A DNA stretch of 20,000 nt, taken from an uncultured virus (IMG/VR IMGVR_UViG_2931768940_000002). Taxonomy: Duplodnaviria; Heunggongvirae; Uroviricota; Caudoviricetes. The translations under genes were made by a program, and so were the position numbers. The stretch lies in IMG/VR virus record IMGVR_UViG_2931768940_000002. One strand, written 5' to 3'. Shown piece after piece: positions 8,554 through 16,746 of this stretch. Position 1 is the first letter of the stretch. Each line of letters opens with the position of its first letter. Under the pieces are notes generated by a model, which had not been told where the DNA came from, searched no databases, and saw nothing but the letters and a program-made list of their open reading frames with translations.

Positions 8554-9254
8554 GACGCAACCTCCAGTTGACGTGGGATGAGGGGCCAGGCGCCTTCGAC
8601 GACGGCCGCGGGGTCCTTCTTGCGGAAGTGCTCCTGCAGCCCGGCAGCCTGCTGGGCGGCCCATCCGACCTGTGCGGTGTGCAAGTCATCGAGGGTCATG
8701 GCCGCCAGCTGCGGGTACCGGTTGGCTTGCTTCCAGGCGATGCGGCAGGCGGCGACAGCGTCGGCGTCAGCACTGTGGGCGGCGTCGAGACGGACGCCGT
8801 AGTGCTGGCACAGGTGAGTGAGGGTGCGCTTGCCTGACCGGTAGCGGTCGACTTCCTTGTCGATGACGTAGGGGTCGATGACCGGGCCGGCGGGAAGCGG
8901 GGTCATGCCGTACCGCTGGGCTTCCCGGTCGAGGAGGGTCAGGTCGTAGCGTGCGTTCATCGCGACGACCGGAATCCCTGCGAGGCTCACTTGCCTGAGG
9001 GCGCTGAGGATCTCGTCGACGGCGAGCCGCAGGTCGACGCCCTCGGCGTGGGCCTTCTCTGTGCTGATGCCGTGGACCGCGGCGGCCCCCTCGGGGATCT
9101 CCTCGCCGTCGACGTCGGTCAGCCAGTTCGCGGTGGCGGTGGGCTGCTGGGCGCCGACCTGGACGATGCACGCCGTGACAATGCGGGCGGTCAGCGGGTC
9201 GGGGCCAGTTGTCTCGAGGTCGAAGCCGGCCATGCGGCCGAGGTGCCAGGTCAC
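8550..9254 (-). CDS. DEDDh 3'-5' exonuclease, DNA polymerase III epsilon-like (234 aa)
   Basis: ExoI FDLETTG, AVHGIS, ExoII MNARYDL, ExoIII AHSADADA. GTG 9254 by overlap. Confidence 0.92.
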   Translation of the reverse strand: MTWHLGRMAGFDLETTGPDPLTARIVTACIVQVGAQQPTATANWLTDVDGEEIPEGAAAVHGISTEKAHAEGVDLRLAVDEILSALRQVSLAGIPVVAMNARYDLTLLDREAQRYGMTPLPAGPVIDPYVIDKEVDRYRSGKRTLTHLCQHYGVRLDAAHSADADAVAACRIAWKQANRYPQLAAMTLDDLHTAQVGWAAQQAAGLQEHFRKKDPAAVVEGAWPLIPRQLEVAS

Positions 9255-9580
9255 GGCGCAACCTGCCGGAGCTGGATGGTGCGGCCCTGGTGGGCTGCCT
9301 CGTAGGCCCAGTGGTTGCGGTTGCCGCTGAAGGCGGGCACGTCGACGAGGGCGGGCCCGAGAGTGACGGCGCCCAGGACCACGGCTTCGTGGATGGTGGC
9401 CCGGTCGAACGTCTTGAGGTGGGCGTAGGGGCCGTCGGCACCGTCGCGGAGCTCGGGCACGATCAGTGCGGCGTGGCGATTGTTCCGCTTGATGTAGCAG
9501 GGCCGGCCGAACGAGGAGCGGAAGCGGAGCAGGCCGATCAGGTCTCGGACGGCGGGGCGGTAGACGGAGGTCTTCTTCAT
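9251..9580 (-). CDS. Hypothetical protein (109 aa)
   Basis: AGGAG RBS before ATG 9580. GC3-biased and coupled to the exonuclease. Confidence 0.75.
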   Translation of the reverse strand: MKKTSVYRPAVRDLIGLLRFRSSFGRPCYIKRNNRHAALIVPELRDGADGPYAHLKTFDRATIHEAVVLGAVTLGPALVDVPAFSGNRNHWAYEAAHQGRTIQLRQVAP

Positions 9581-9596
9581 CGTGGTCTCCTGGTGG

Positions 9597-9633
9597 CGGG
9601 GCAGCCCCGTATTTCGGGTACGGGGCTGCCCCG
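9597..9633. terminator. Perfect 15-bp intergenic hairpin
   Basis: CGGGGCAGCCCCGTA-tttcggg-TACGGGGCTGCCCCG. No U-tract, so function is inferred. Confidence 0.6.
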
Positions 9634-9646
9634 AAGCGCGGGTGGG

Positions 9647-10282
9647 TTAGAACGGGACGTCGGGGGCTTCCGTGGAGTCGCCCGGGATGAGCGGCCGGTG
9701 GAAGATGTAGATCGCGTCGAGGGATGACGTGCGGCCGGTGCCCTTGCAGTGCATGAGCGGCGCCTGGTCGAAGTCGCCGTTCCACTCCCAGGTGTTGCCG
9801 TCGCGGTCGATCCACGGCCGGCTCAGGTCCCAGATAGTCCCGAAGATGTCGGTCCACTTCTTCGTGACCGGGTTGACCTGGTCGTGCGGCCCGATCCATG
9901 CCTGCTTCGGGTCGATGTGGCGTTCTTCGAGCCGCTCGTCGACTGCCTGGTCGACGTTCATTCCCCAGGTGTCGAGTTCCTTGGTCAGGTCTCGGGCCGA
10001 TTGCCAGGACCAGAGGTCTTGGCGGCCGAGGTTGTCGGCGACGTGGTCGACGATGATGCGTCGCATGTTGGCCAGGTCGTTCCTAAGCTTGGTGTTGGCG
10101 TCGCGAAGGTCGGCGAGGGTTGCCGCCTGCTCTTCGTCGCGGGCGAGGGTGGCGTGGATCTGGGCCATGCGGAAGTGGAAGTCGGTGCCGACCGGGTCGA
10201 TTGGGTGCGCCTTCTCGGGACTCTGGACGTAAGAGCCCTGACTGAGGTGCTTCTCGGCTTCGGCCCTGTGGTTGATGGTCAT
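9647..10282 (-). CDS. Hypothetical multi-domain protein (211 aa), C-terminal domain resembling phiSA1p31-related proteins
   Basis: AAGGAG RBS before ATG 10282. N-terminal AQIHATLA helix, coiled coil, then WDLSRPWIDRDGNTWEWNG...PLM...HRPL. Confidence 0.8.
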   Translation of the reverse strand: MTINHRAEAEKHLSQGSYVQSPEKAHPIDPVGTDFHFRMAQIHATLARDEEQAATLADLRDANTKLRNDLANMRRIIVDHVADNLGRQDLWSWQSARDLTKELDTWGMNVDQAVDERLEERHIDPKQAWIGPHDQVNPVTKKWTDIFGTIWDLSRPWIDRDGNTWEWNGDFDQAPLMHCKGTGRTSSLDAIYIFHRPLIPGDSTEAPDVPF

Positions 10283-10301
10283 GTCGTGTTCTCCTTGGGG
10301 T

Positions 10302-10332
10302 GGGTCGGCCCGCATTGCCCGCGGGCCGACCC
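10302..10332. terminator. Perfect 12-bp intergenic hairpin
   Basis: GGGTCGGCCCGC-attgccc-GCGGGCCGACCC. Confidence 0.6.
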
Positions 10333-10345
10333 GGTTGTGTTCGGG

Positions 10346-11194
10346 CTAGGCGGCTGCCGCGGTGGCGGCATGGAGTCGTTTGAGGAGGTCGCGGATGGCC
10401 TGCGCGGAGACGTGCTCGACGGGGGCGCCGAGTTCCTGGTGGGCGAGGGCTTCGATGTCATCGATGCCGTGCTGCTGGCCGAAGTCGCGGAGCGCCTGGA
10501 CGGCGGCTGCATGCTCGTCGTCCGTGTCGACGTCCACCACGTCCTGGGCCGCCGGGGTCGCCGGCTGCTGCGGTGCGGGGGCGGTCAGGGCGGCGATGCT
10601 CAGCGGGGCCTTGGCAGGGGCGACCTCGGCGTGCGCGTAGCCGTCGACCTCCTCGGCCGCATACGGCAGACCGTGCAGGGCGTCGGAGGCGATCAGACGG
10701 CACAGTTCGCCGGTAGCCCGGGCGATAAGCATCGTCTTCGGCTGCTTCTTCCACTGGTCCTTACCGAGGAGCCCGAGCTTCTGCGCCCGAGGGATGTCCC
10801 AGACGACGGTCTGCCAGTTCTCGGCGCCCTTGCGCCGTCCGCGCATGACGCAGTGGGTGTCGTCGGCCTCGACGAGTTCGATGTCGTGGCCCTGGTGCTG
10901 GACAATGGCCCGCATTGCGTGCGCGCGGAGGGCGGGCTGCCCCTGGATGACGTCGATGGACTTGAGGGCGGTCATGGGCTGGAGGCCGAGCTCCTGGCCG
11001 GTAAGGATCGCGGCGACGATCTCGTCAGGCTTGCCGCGGTAGGCGCCGGCGAACTGGGTCTTGGCGAGGGACTGGGCGACGAGGTTGGCCTGGCGGGCGG
11101 ACTCGACCCACTGCATGAGCTCGTTGGTGGGCTGCGGGGTCTGGACGGCGACGGTGTGCTGCTCGTCGCGGGTGGCGATCTCGTTGGTGGTCAC
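10346..11194 (-). CDS. RecT/Redbeta-like single-strand annealing protein (282 aa)
   Basis: AILTGQELGLQPMTALKSIDVIQGQP, WKKQPKTMLIARA and GLPYAAEE. GTGA-coupled directly behind the RecE-like gene. Confidence 0.8.
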   Translation of the reverse strand: MTTNEIATRDEQHTVAVQTPQPTNELMQWVESARQANLVAQSLAKTQFAGAYRGKPDEIVAAILTGQELGLQPMTALKSIDVIQGQPALRAHAMRAIVQHQGHDIELVEADDTHCVMRGRRKGAENWQTVVWDIPRAQKLGLLGKDQWKKQPKTMLIARATGELCRLIASDALHGLPYAAEEVDGYAHAEVAPAKAPLSIAALTAPAPQQPATPAAQDVVDVDTDDEHAAAVQALRDFGQQHGIDDIEALAHQELGAPVEHVSAQAIRDLLKRLHAATAAAA

Positions 11195-12063
11195 GGCTTG
11201 AGGTACTCCTCGGCTTCGGTGAGAACAGCCCAGGCGGGCATGGAGATGGTGGGGATGGTGGTGACGGGGCCGGTCCAGTCGGGCCAGTTGCCGGTGGCTA
11301 TGCAGTCGGCGTAGGTGCGCAGGGCGCGTTCGTTGCGGGCGCGTCCGATGTCGCGGACCTGGTCGGTGAGCTCCCGCACGGTGACCAGGTAGGGGGCGAT
11401 CTTCGACTGGAAGACGAAGATAAAGCGGACGTCTTCGGTGCCGCGGGCGGCGTACAGGCCGTCGGTGTAGAGGGCGTCCTGCTGGTGGTAGGCGTGGTCC
11501 CGGATGGCCTTGGATACGGTGTCCGGGTCGGCCGACTTGATCGTCTTGTAGTCGACGCACAGGGTCAGGCCGGGGAGTTGCTTCAGCCAGTCGGGGCGGA
11601 TCCGGCAGCGGACGCCGGTGGCCGGGTCGGTCCAGAAGATCGACTGTTCGGCGACGCCCGTGCCCGGGGTGAACAGCGGGCCGGCGAGCGGGTGCTGGCG
11701 GATCGCGTCGGCCATTGCCTGGACCATGTCGTGGTCCTTCGTGAGGAGGGGCACCTTGCCTTCGGCGTAGGCCTCGTCTCGTTCGAGCTGGGCGTCCTTC
11801 TTGCGCCAGTCCGGGTAGTCGATGACGGCCAGTTCGGGGCCCTCGCCGAGCACCATGAGGTGTGCGGCGTGGCCGAGGTCGAACTCCTTCTTCGGGCCCT
11901 GCGGGTGGTCGAGGTCGTAGCGGAGCTGTGCGGGGCACCCGGGGTTGAGGATCTTCCGGAGGCCGGTCGACGAGATCGATGCACGGTCCGCGTGGTAGTC
12001 GTCAGCGGACATGCCGTCGATGACGACCGGGGCGGTGACCGGGGGTTCGAGGGTGGTGGTCAT
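11191..12063 (-). CDS. RecE/exonuclease VIII-like PD-(D/E)XK nuclease, DUF3799 type (290 aa)
   Basis: DYHADRASISSTGL, GHAAHLMVL, EQSIFW, CRIRPDWL, VDYKT and YHQQDALY. Start ATG 12063. Confidence 0.9.
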   Translation of the reverse strand: MTTTLEPPVTAPVVIDGMSADDYHADRASISSTGLRKILNPGCPAQLRYDLDHPQGPKKEFDLGHAAHLMVLGEGPELAVIDYPDWRKKDAQLERDEAYAEGKVPLLTKDHDMVQAMADAIRQHPLAGPLFTPGTGVAEQSIFWTDPATGVRCRIRPDWLKQLPGLTLCVDYKTIKSADPDTVSKAIRDHAYHQQDALYTDGLYAARGTEDVRFIFVFQSKIAPYLVTVRELTDQVRDIGRARNERALRTYADCIATGNWPDWTGPVTTIPTISMPAWAVLTEAEEYLKP

Positions 12064-12164
12064 GACTGTCCGTCCTGGTCTTCGAGGCACTTCTCGCAGA
12101 CGTGACCTTCGGGTTGGCGGCTGAAGGGGCCGTTGGTGTCGTCGCAGCGGACGCAGGTGATCAT
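12060..12164 (-). CDS. Zinc-finger microprotein (34 aa), absent from the ORF track
   Basis: GGAG RBS and ATG 12164. MITCVRCDDTNGPFSRQPEGHVCEKCLEDQDGQS. Stop overlaps the recE ATG (ATGA). Confidence 0.75.
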   Translation of the reverse strand: MITCVRCDDTNGPFSRQPEGHVCEKCLEDQDGQS

Positions 12165-12187
12165 GTGGTTCTCCGGTTGGTGAGGGG

Positions 12188-12253
12188 TGCTGCGGGCCGC
12201 CCGGGGGTGACGGCCCGCAGCAGGCAGACGGAGCAGGGGCTCGGACGTCTGCC
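12188..12253. terminator. Tandem intergenic hairpins
   Basis: TGCTGCGGGCCG/CGGCCCGCAGCA (12188-12222) abuts GGCAGACG/CGTCTGCC (12223-12253). Confidence 0.55.
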
Positions 12254-12263
12254 GGTTGGTGGG

Positions 12264-12761
12264 TCAGGCGGCGTCGGCGAGTTCGACGATCCGGTTGTGG
12301 GCTTCGTTGAAGTCCTCGGTGTCGAGGCCGGCCCACGGGACGGTCTCGCTCATCGCGACGAGGACTTCGAGGGCGTTGAAGCCGTTGGCCCTGGCCGCTG
12401 CCGCAGCCGTTTCCACGTCGACGTCCGTGTACGTGCCGTTCCGGCTGGCGTCCGTTCCCGGGCCGAGCGGCTGTGTGCCCGGCTCGATGCACCACACGTA
12501 GCTGAGCTGCGCGAACAGGTCTTCCCGATCGACCGCGGCCTTGACGGTGTCGGCGTCCTGCGTCCAGTCGGTGACCTTCGCGAGGAGGGCCGCCCCCTTG
12601 AGGGCGTTCTCTCGCTGCATGCTGTCGGCGATGGCGAGCCCGCTGGCCTTGTGACTGATGCGCCACCGCTGGGGGTTGTGCGGCTTGTGGTCGGGGGCTA
12701 GACGGAAGACGACGAGCCCGGGAGCGACCTCTGTGGCCTGGCTGAGGGTGCTGATGTCCAT
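12264..12761 (-). CDS. Hypothetical protein (165 aa)
   Basis: AAGGA RBS before ATG 12761 (MDISTLSQ). GC3-biased. Confidence 0.8.
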   Translation of the reverse strand: MDISTLSQATEVAPGLVVFRLAPDHKPHNPQRWRISHKASGLAIADSMQRENALKGAALLAKVTDWTQDADTVKAAVDREDLFAQLSYVWCIEPGTQPLGPGTDASRNGTYTDVDVETAAAAARANGFNALEVLVAMSETVPWAGLDTEDFNEAHNRIVELADAA

Positions 12762-12791
12762 GGCGTCCTTCTCTGGGATGCTGGTGGTGGA

Positions 12792-12822
12792 CGCCCCTGC
12801 CGAACTCACCTCGGCGGGGGCG
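12792..12822. terminator. Intergenic hairpin
   Basis: CGCCCCTGCCGA-actcacc-TCGGCGGGGGCG, with one G:U pair on the + strand. Confidence 0.5.
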
Positions 12823-12835
12823 CGTGTCTAAGAGG

Positions 12836-13582
12836 TCAAGGGGTGTCAGGTGCATCGACGGCTGGCACACGGGTCGATTGGACCGGGGTGCGCCTGGCGG
12901 CCCCATGGGCTCGCTCCGCCGCTTTGCAGGGCTCGCAGCGGCACTGTCCCTGCGTGTAGGTGCTGCGCTTGCCGTGCGTCATCCCCGGAGTCAGGCCCTT
13001 CGCTGGTCGCGACTTTGACCAGATCCGCTGACAGGCTCGGCAGATTCGCCGGCCGCTCGGCAGGACCCGAGTGTTCTCCGGCGTGTACTCGTGGCCCTGA
13101 CGGCAACAGGTCTTGGCCCGATTGCCTGCAGCCACAGTTCGCCCCCGGAGGATGTTGTCCCGAGGGGTGGCGAGCCTCAGGTGCTCGGGATTGACGCAGC
13201 GCCGATGGGTGCATTTCGGGCCAGCCACGCACTCGATGTCCAAGTTGTGGCACTCATGGTCAACCTGGAGGCCTGGAAGTATTGGGCCGCTGTGGTGGAC
13301 GTAGGACATCCGGTGGGTCGAGGAGGTCTTCCCGTTGTCGTCGGTGATCCGCCCGTATCCCTGAGCGTCTAGCTGTCCCGAGTACAGCCAGCACCCGCTA
13401 GGCGCCACATCGACCTTGGAAAGCAGTCGTTCGATCGCGGGACGGGGCTGATGCCCGGAGCTCAGAGGGGTGAACTCACCGGCCTGTTTCAGGGCTTTGA
13501 CGTGGCGGCGGTAGCAGCTGTCGCAACGTTCTCGCCTGCACTTCCGGACTTCCTTGCTGCATTCGGTGCATCGAATGACCAT
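12836..13582 (-). CDS. HNH (His-Me finger) endonuclease with accessory zinc fingers (248 aa)
   Basis: SGCWLYSG...GYG...THRMSY...QVDHEC...RCVNPEHL...N. Extra Cys clusters at both ends. AAGGGAG RBS. Confidence 0.9.
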   Translation of the reverse strand: MVIRCTECSKEVRKCRRERCDSCYRRHVKALKQAGEFTPLSSGHQPRPAIERLLSKVDVAPSGCWLYSGQLDAQGYGRITDDNGKTSSTHRMSYVHHSGPILPGLQVDHECHNLDIECVAGPKCTHRRCVNPEHLRLATPRDNILRGRTVAAGNRAKTCCRQGHEYTPENTRVLPSGRRICRACQRIWSKSRPAKGLTPGMTHGKRSTYTQGQCRCEPCKAAERAHGAARRTPVQSTRVPAVDAPDTP

Positions 13583-13615
13583 TGTTCACTCCCTTCTCGT
13601 TGTTGGGTTCTGGTG

Positions 13616-13653
13616 CGCTGGGCCGGGGGCCGGTGGCATCCGCCGGCCCAGCG
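13616..13653. terminator. Intergenic hairpin
   Basis: CGCTGGGCCGG ... CCGGCCCAGCG, an 11-bp stem. Confidence 0.5.
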
Positions 13654-13657
13654 GGTC

Positions 13658-14107
13658 TCATGCGGCCGGCGCTGGAATGTGCGTGGGATCCGCGGCCTGC
13701 GGTGAGTGGTGGAGGTCGACGACCGGCCCAGCCACGAAGCGGGCCTGAAGGTCTCGGGCGTCGATCGGTTCGGTTGCCTGGTCCTCGAACGCGGTGGTGT
13801 CGCGCTCCATCTCCGGGACGGTGACAGCCGCGGTGTTCGCGAGCTTGGCCTTCAGCGCCAGGTTCTCGGCGGTCAGCTCGTCGATCTGTCCCTGCTGGCA
13901 GACGACGACGATCTCCGCGTCCGCGGCCTTCTCCTCGGCGTGCCGCCACAGGTTGTGTACCTCATCGCGGTCCTTCATCAGGAGGGCGAAGAAGTCGTCT
14001 GCGGCGGCCTGCCGGTTGAGGAGGAGCCGGTTTTCCTGTCGGAGCTCGGCAGGTGTTGCGGCACGGTGCCGGGCTATGCGGCGGGCGGCAGTGTTGAGCA
14101 GGCTCAT
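13658..14107 (-). CDS. Coiled-coil hypothetical protein (149 aa)
   Basis: ATG 14107 by ATGA overlap. Heptad-like segments such as IDELTAENLALKAKLAN. Confidence 0.8.
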   Translation of the reverse strand: MSLLNTAARRIARHRAATPAELRQENRLLLNRQAAADDFFALLMKDRDEVHNLWRHAEEKAADAEIVVVCQQGQIDELTAENLALKAKLANTAAVTVPEMERDTTAFEDQATEPIDARDLQARFVAGPVVDLHHSPQAADPTHIPAPAA

Positions 14108-14211
14108 CGGTGGTTCCCCCGGTTGATGTGGTCTGAGATGCGCTGCCCGAACAGGGCGAGGAAGCCGATGGCGGCGAGGAGGCCGGCCGCCATCCACGTC
14201 GCGGCGGTCAC
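14104..14211 (-). CDS. Single-pass membrane microprotein (35 aa)
   Basis: GTG 14211 overlaps the upstream stop. WMAAGLLAAIGFLALFG is followed by a polar tail. Stop overlaps the next ATG. Confidence 0.7.
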   Translation of the reverse strand: MTAATWMAAGLLAAIGFLALFGQRISDHINRGNHR

Positions 14212-14468
14212 CAGATGTTGTCGAGCGGGCCGGCCTCGGGCTTCGCGTCTCCGGCCACTGACTCCCAGGCCCGGTAGGCGTCGAAGGAACCGCCGCGCGG
14301 CTTCTCGTCGATCAGCGCGGTGGCCGCAGCGAGCGCGAGGGTGGCGTGCACCTGCGCGGCAGCGATGCGCCGTCCCAGCTCGGCGTCGTTGTCCAGCGGC
14401 TCCAGCTCCGATTCCCACACCTCGGAGAGCATCTGTTCGGCCAGCTGGTAGTGCTCGGGCCCGGTCAT
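14208..14468 (-). CDS. Hypothetical helical protein (86 aa)
   Basis: AGGAGG RBS. MTGPEHYQLAEQML...AQVHATLALAAA. Confidence 0.85.
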   Translation of the reverse strand: MTGPEHYQLAEQMLSEVWESELEPLDNDAELGRRIAAAQVHATLALAAATALIDEKPRGGSFDAYRAWESVAGDAKPEAGPLDNIW

Positions 14469-14641
14469 CGGTTCCTCCTGGTCTGGTTGGCGTGTGCGGG
14501 GCTGCCGGGCACGTAGTCCCGGGCGGTCGCGTAGCTGCGGCGGATCCTGGCGAGGGTCCGAATCAGGCGGGCTTCGGCCTCCGGCGTCATCCGGCGGGCA
14601 GCCACGTCATCCGCGCCCCAAGGGCGGCTGTCGGCGATCAC
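14465..14641 (-). CDS. Hypothetical protein (58 aa), absent from the ORF track
   Basis: Manual translation gives MIADSRPWGADDVAARRMTPEAEARLIRTLARIRRSYATARDYVPGSPAHANQTRRNR. Fills the gap exactly with GTGA and ATGA overlaps. Confidence 0.7.
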   Translation of the reverse strand: MIADSRPWGADDVAARRMTPEAEARLIRTLARIRRSYATARDYVPGSPAHANQTRRNR

Positions 14642-15057
14642 TGGCCGCCTCGCAGCGACTTGAGGAACCCGCGGAACCCGGTCTGCTCGAGCGGGCTGGG
14701 CGGCAGGTGGTGGGCAGTCAGCTGCGGAACAGCCGGAGCCGGGGTGATAGCGATGCGCTCACCGAACGCGGCCGGCGCCTCGACATACCCGGCAGCCACC
14801 GTCGCCGCATAGTCCGGGTCGACATCGATCGCTGCCTTGTACTGGGCGGCCGACGGGCGCGGGTGGATCGGGATCAGCGGGCCATGCTGCTTGTACACGT
14901 CCGGGAGGGAGACGAGCATCGTCACGCCATGCGTCCGCATCAGCGGTTCACCCGCCGCCGTCCACGCCCCGGCCCACTCCCACTCCACACCGATCGTGTC
15001 CGCGTAGGAGATCGTCAGGTCGAACTCGATGCCCTCGAAGAGGAAGGTCTCGCTCAT
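14638..15057 (-). CDS. Hypothetical protein resembling phiSA1p31-related proteins (139 aa)
   Basis: GGAGG RBS and ATG 15057. FDLTISYADTIGVEWEWAG...GEPLM...SLPDVYKQHGPL. Confidence 0.8.
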   Translation of the reverse strand: MSETFLFEGIEFDLTISYADTIGVEWEWAGAWTAAGEPLMRTHGVTMLVSLPDVYKQHGPLIPIHPRPSAAQYKAAIDVDPDYAATVAAGYVEAPAAFGERIAITPAPAVPQLTAHHLPPSPLEQTGFRGFLKSLRGGQ

Positions 15058-15329
15058 GCGGCTGCCTCCGTGCGCTGGGCCGGGACGCCGATCCACCGCA
15101 CCCCGTCCTCGCCGGCCACCTGCGCGGGGACGCCTGCCGCCTCCTCGCGGGCTTCGACCGCCTTCGTCAGCAGGTCGATGACCGCCTGCAGGGTGTCCGT
15201 CGGCGTCTGGTCGAGGTGCACCGTCAGCTCCGACCCGAACTGCAGGACCGGGAACGGGCCAGACGCGTCGTGCAGGACCAGCTGCTCGGGGCCGTGGGCC
15301 AGGTGAATGGTGACGTTCGAGACGCTCAT
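15054..15329 (-). CDS. Hypothetical protein (91 aa)
   Basis: GGAGG RBS, ATGA overlaps at both ends. Confidence 0.8.
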   Translation of the reverse strand: MSVSNVTIHLAHGPEQLVLHDASGPFPVLQFGSELTVHLDQTPTDTLQAVIDLLTKAVEAREEAAGVPAQVAGEDGVRWIGVPAQRTEAAA

Positions 15330-15553
15330 GACGCCCTCCGGCGGGTACTGAGGTGGTGGTGGAGATCGACGAACGCCGGGACCGCGGAGTCCGGGTCGGC
15401 GTCATAGAGGAGGTGCCGGTTCTCCGCGGCGGCCCCGGTGGCGGCCAGCGTCTGATTCGCGGCGGTCAGCACGTCAGCGCTGCGGCACAGGGCCGCCCGG
15501 CGCTCCAGCTCCTCCGTCGTGACATCCACACGGGCCAGGTCAGCGGCGGTCAT
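15326..15553 (-). CDS. Hypothetical protein (75 aa)
   Basis: GAGGAGG RBS, ATG 15553, ATGA overlaps. Confidence 0.75.
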   Translation of the reverse strand: MTAADLARVDVTTEELERRAALCRSADVLTAANQTLAATGAAAENRHLLYDADPDSAVPAFVDLHHHLSTRRRAS

Positions 15554-16086
15554 GACGCGTCCTCCTCGATCACATCGAGGTGCGTGAGGGCGATTCCGCC
15601 CGAGTAGCCTTCGACGGTCGCCACGGGGGTGTGACCGCCGAGCGTCCAAGCCCGGCTGGTCGTCCAGGTGGTGAACCCGTCCTCGCCATACACGCCCGGG
15701 TAGGCCCTCACGCGGGTGCCGACCGGGTGCTTGGCGTTCCACTCAGCCGAGGTCAGCTCGCCGCGGTCCACGACGTTCGTGCGGACCACGAGGCCGCCGT
15801 TGTAGCGGACCGAGATGGCGTCGCCGAAGCGGGCGACCACGTGGTTCGGGCGCTCGCCGACTCGGAGGCCGGTCACAATGAGCTCGCCCTCGACGTTCTC
15901 CCGGTACTGCTTCGCGAACACGTTGAGCCGGTCCAGCCAGGCATCAACGGAGGGGAGAGAAGCCGCAGTCAGGCCCTTGCATGCGAGGCAGGCCACGTCA
16001 TCGCAGTCATCCGTGTGCAGCTCGGGGACGAACGGGGCCGCGGCCAGGCCAGCAAGGTGGGCGGCCAGAGGGGTCTCGGTGCTCAT
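15550..16086 (-). CDS. Hypothetical protein (178 aa)
   Basis: ATG 16086 by overlap. N-terminal HTDDCDDVACLAC and C-terminal WNAKHPVGTRVRAYPG...ALTHL. Confidence 0.8.
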   Translation of the reverse strand: MSTETPLAAHLAGLAAAPFVPELHTDDCDDVACLACKGLTAASLPSVDAWLDRLNVFAKQYRENVEGELIVTGLRVGERPNHVVARFGDAISVRYNGGLVVRTNVVDRGELTSAEWNAKHPVGTRVRAYPGVYGEDGFTTWTTSRAWTLGGHTPVATVEGYSGGIALTHLDVIEEDAS

Positions 16087-16703
16087 GCCGCCACCGCCTT
16101 GCGGGCCGCGTCGTACTGGCGGATGCCCCAGATGACGGCGTGGCAGGCGAACAGGTACTCCCACGAGAAGTCCTGGAACGACACCTCCCACTCCGCCGGA
16201 ATCCGCAGACGGAAGTCACCGAAGCTGAACGAGGCGACCGCGTACTCGGCCGTGCCCTGGTACTCCAGGCTGTGATCGTCGCTGTTCAGGATCTGCGTGG
16301 CCACCGCCTCAACCGCACCCGGGAAGCGGGCCTCGTGAGCCGCCGCCTCCTCGACGAGCCAGGCACGGAACAGGTCCTCAGACCAGGACTTCACGTCGCC
16401 CCGACCGGCGGTGACCTTCTCCTGCCAGTAGCCCGGGTTGATGTCGCCGTGGCTCGACCCCTTGAACAGGTCGAACATGTCCTCCGTCGGGTAGACGGAG
16501 AAGGCAAAGCTGAACCCGTCGCCGCGCAGCATCAGGTTGTGCGGCCACGTGACCAGGTCGAAGCGGTAGAACCCGCCCTTCGGGTCCGCGAAGACGAGGT
16601 GCCGGTACAGGCCGTCCTCGTGCAGGACCGTCATGGTGTGGTTCGAAGTCTCGGAGGCGAAGCGGGCTGCCGCAGCAGCCTCAGGGGATGGGATGATGGA
16701 CAT
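16083..16703 (-). CDS. Hypothetical aromatic-rich phage protein (206 aa)
   Basis: GAGGT RBS before ATG 16703. HEDGLYRHL, FDLVTWP, INPGYWQEKV and ACHAVIWGI. Confidence 0.85.
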   Translation of the reverse strand: MSIIPSPEAAAAARFASETSNHTMTVLHEDGLYRHLVFADPKGGFYRFDLVTWPHNLMLRGDGFSFAFSVYPTEDMFDLFKGSSHGDINPGYWQEKVTAGRGDVKSWSEDLFRAWLVEEAAAHEARFPGAVEAVATQILNSDDHSLEYQGTAEYAVASFSFGDFRLRIPAEWEVSFQDFSWEYLFACHAVIWGIRQYDAARKAVAA

Positions 16704-16746
16704 CGGGTCCACCTCTCTGTTCACGCGGATGGGTGTGGTGGATCTG

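Noticed and set aside
11191..12906. Extended ORF-track versions of recE, recT, dnaB, exonuclease and whiB
   Set aside because: The extensions are Arg/Pro-rich off-frame reads of upstream genes. True starts are at the stop/start overlaps.
3549..13582. Methyltransferase plus HNH as a restriction-modification pair
   Set aside because: They are about 8 kb apart, and the HNH resembles free-standing phage homing-type nucleases.
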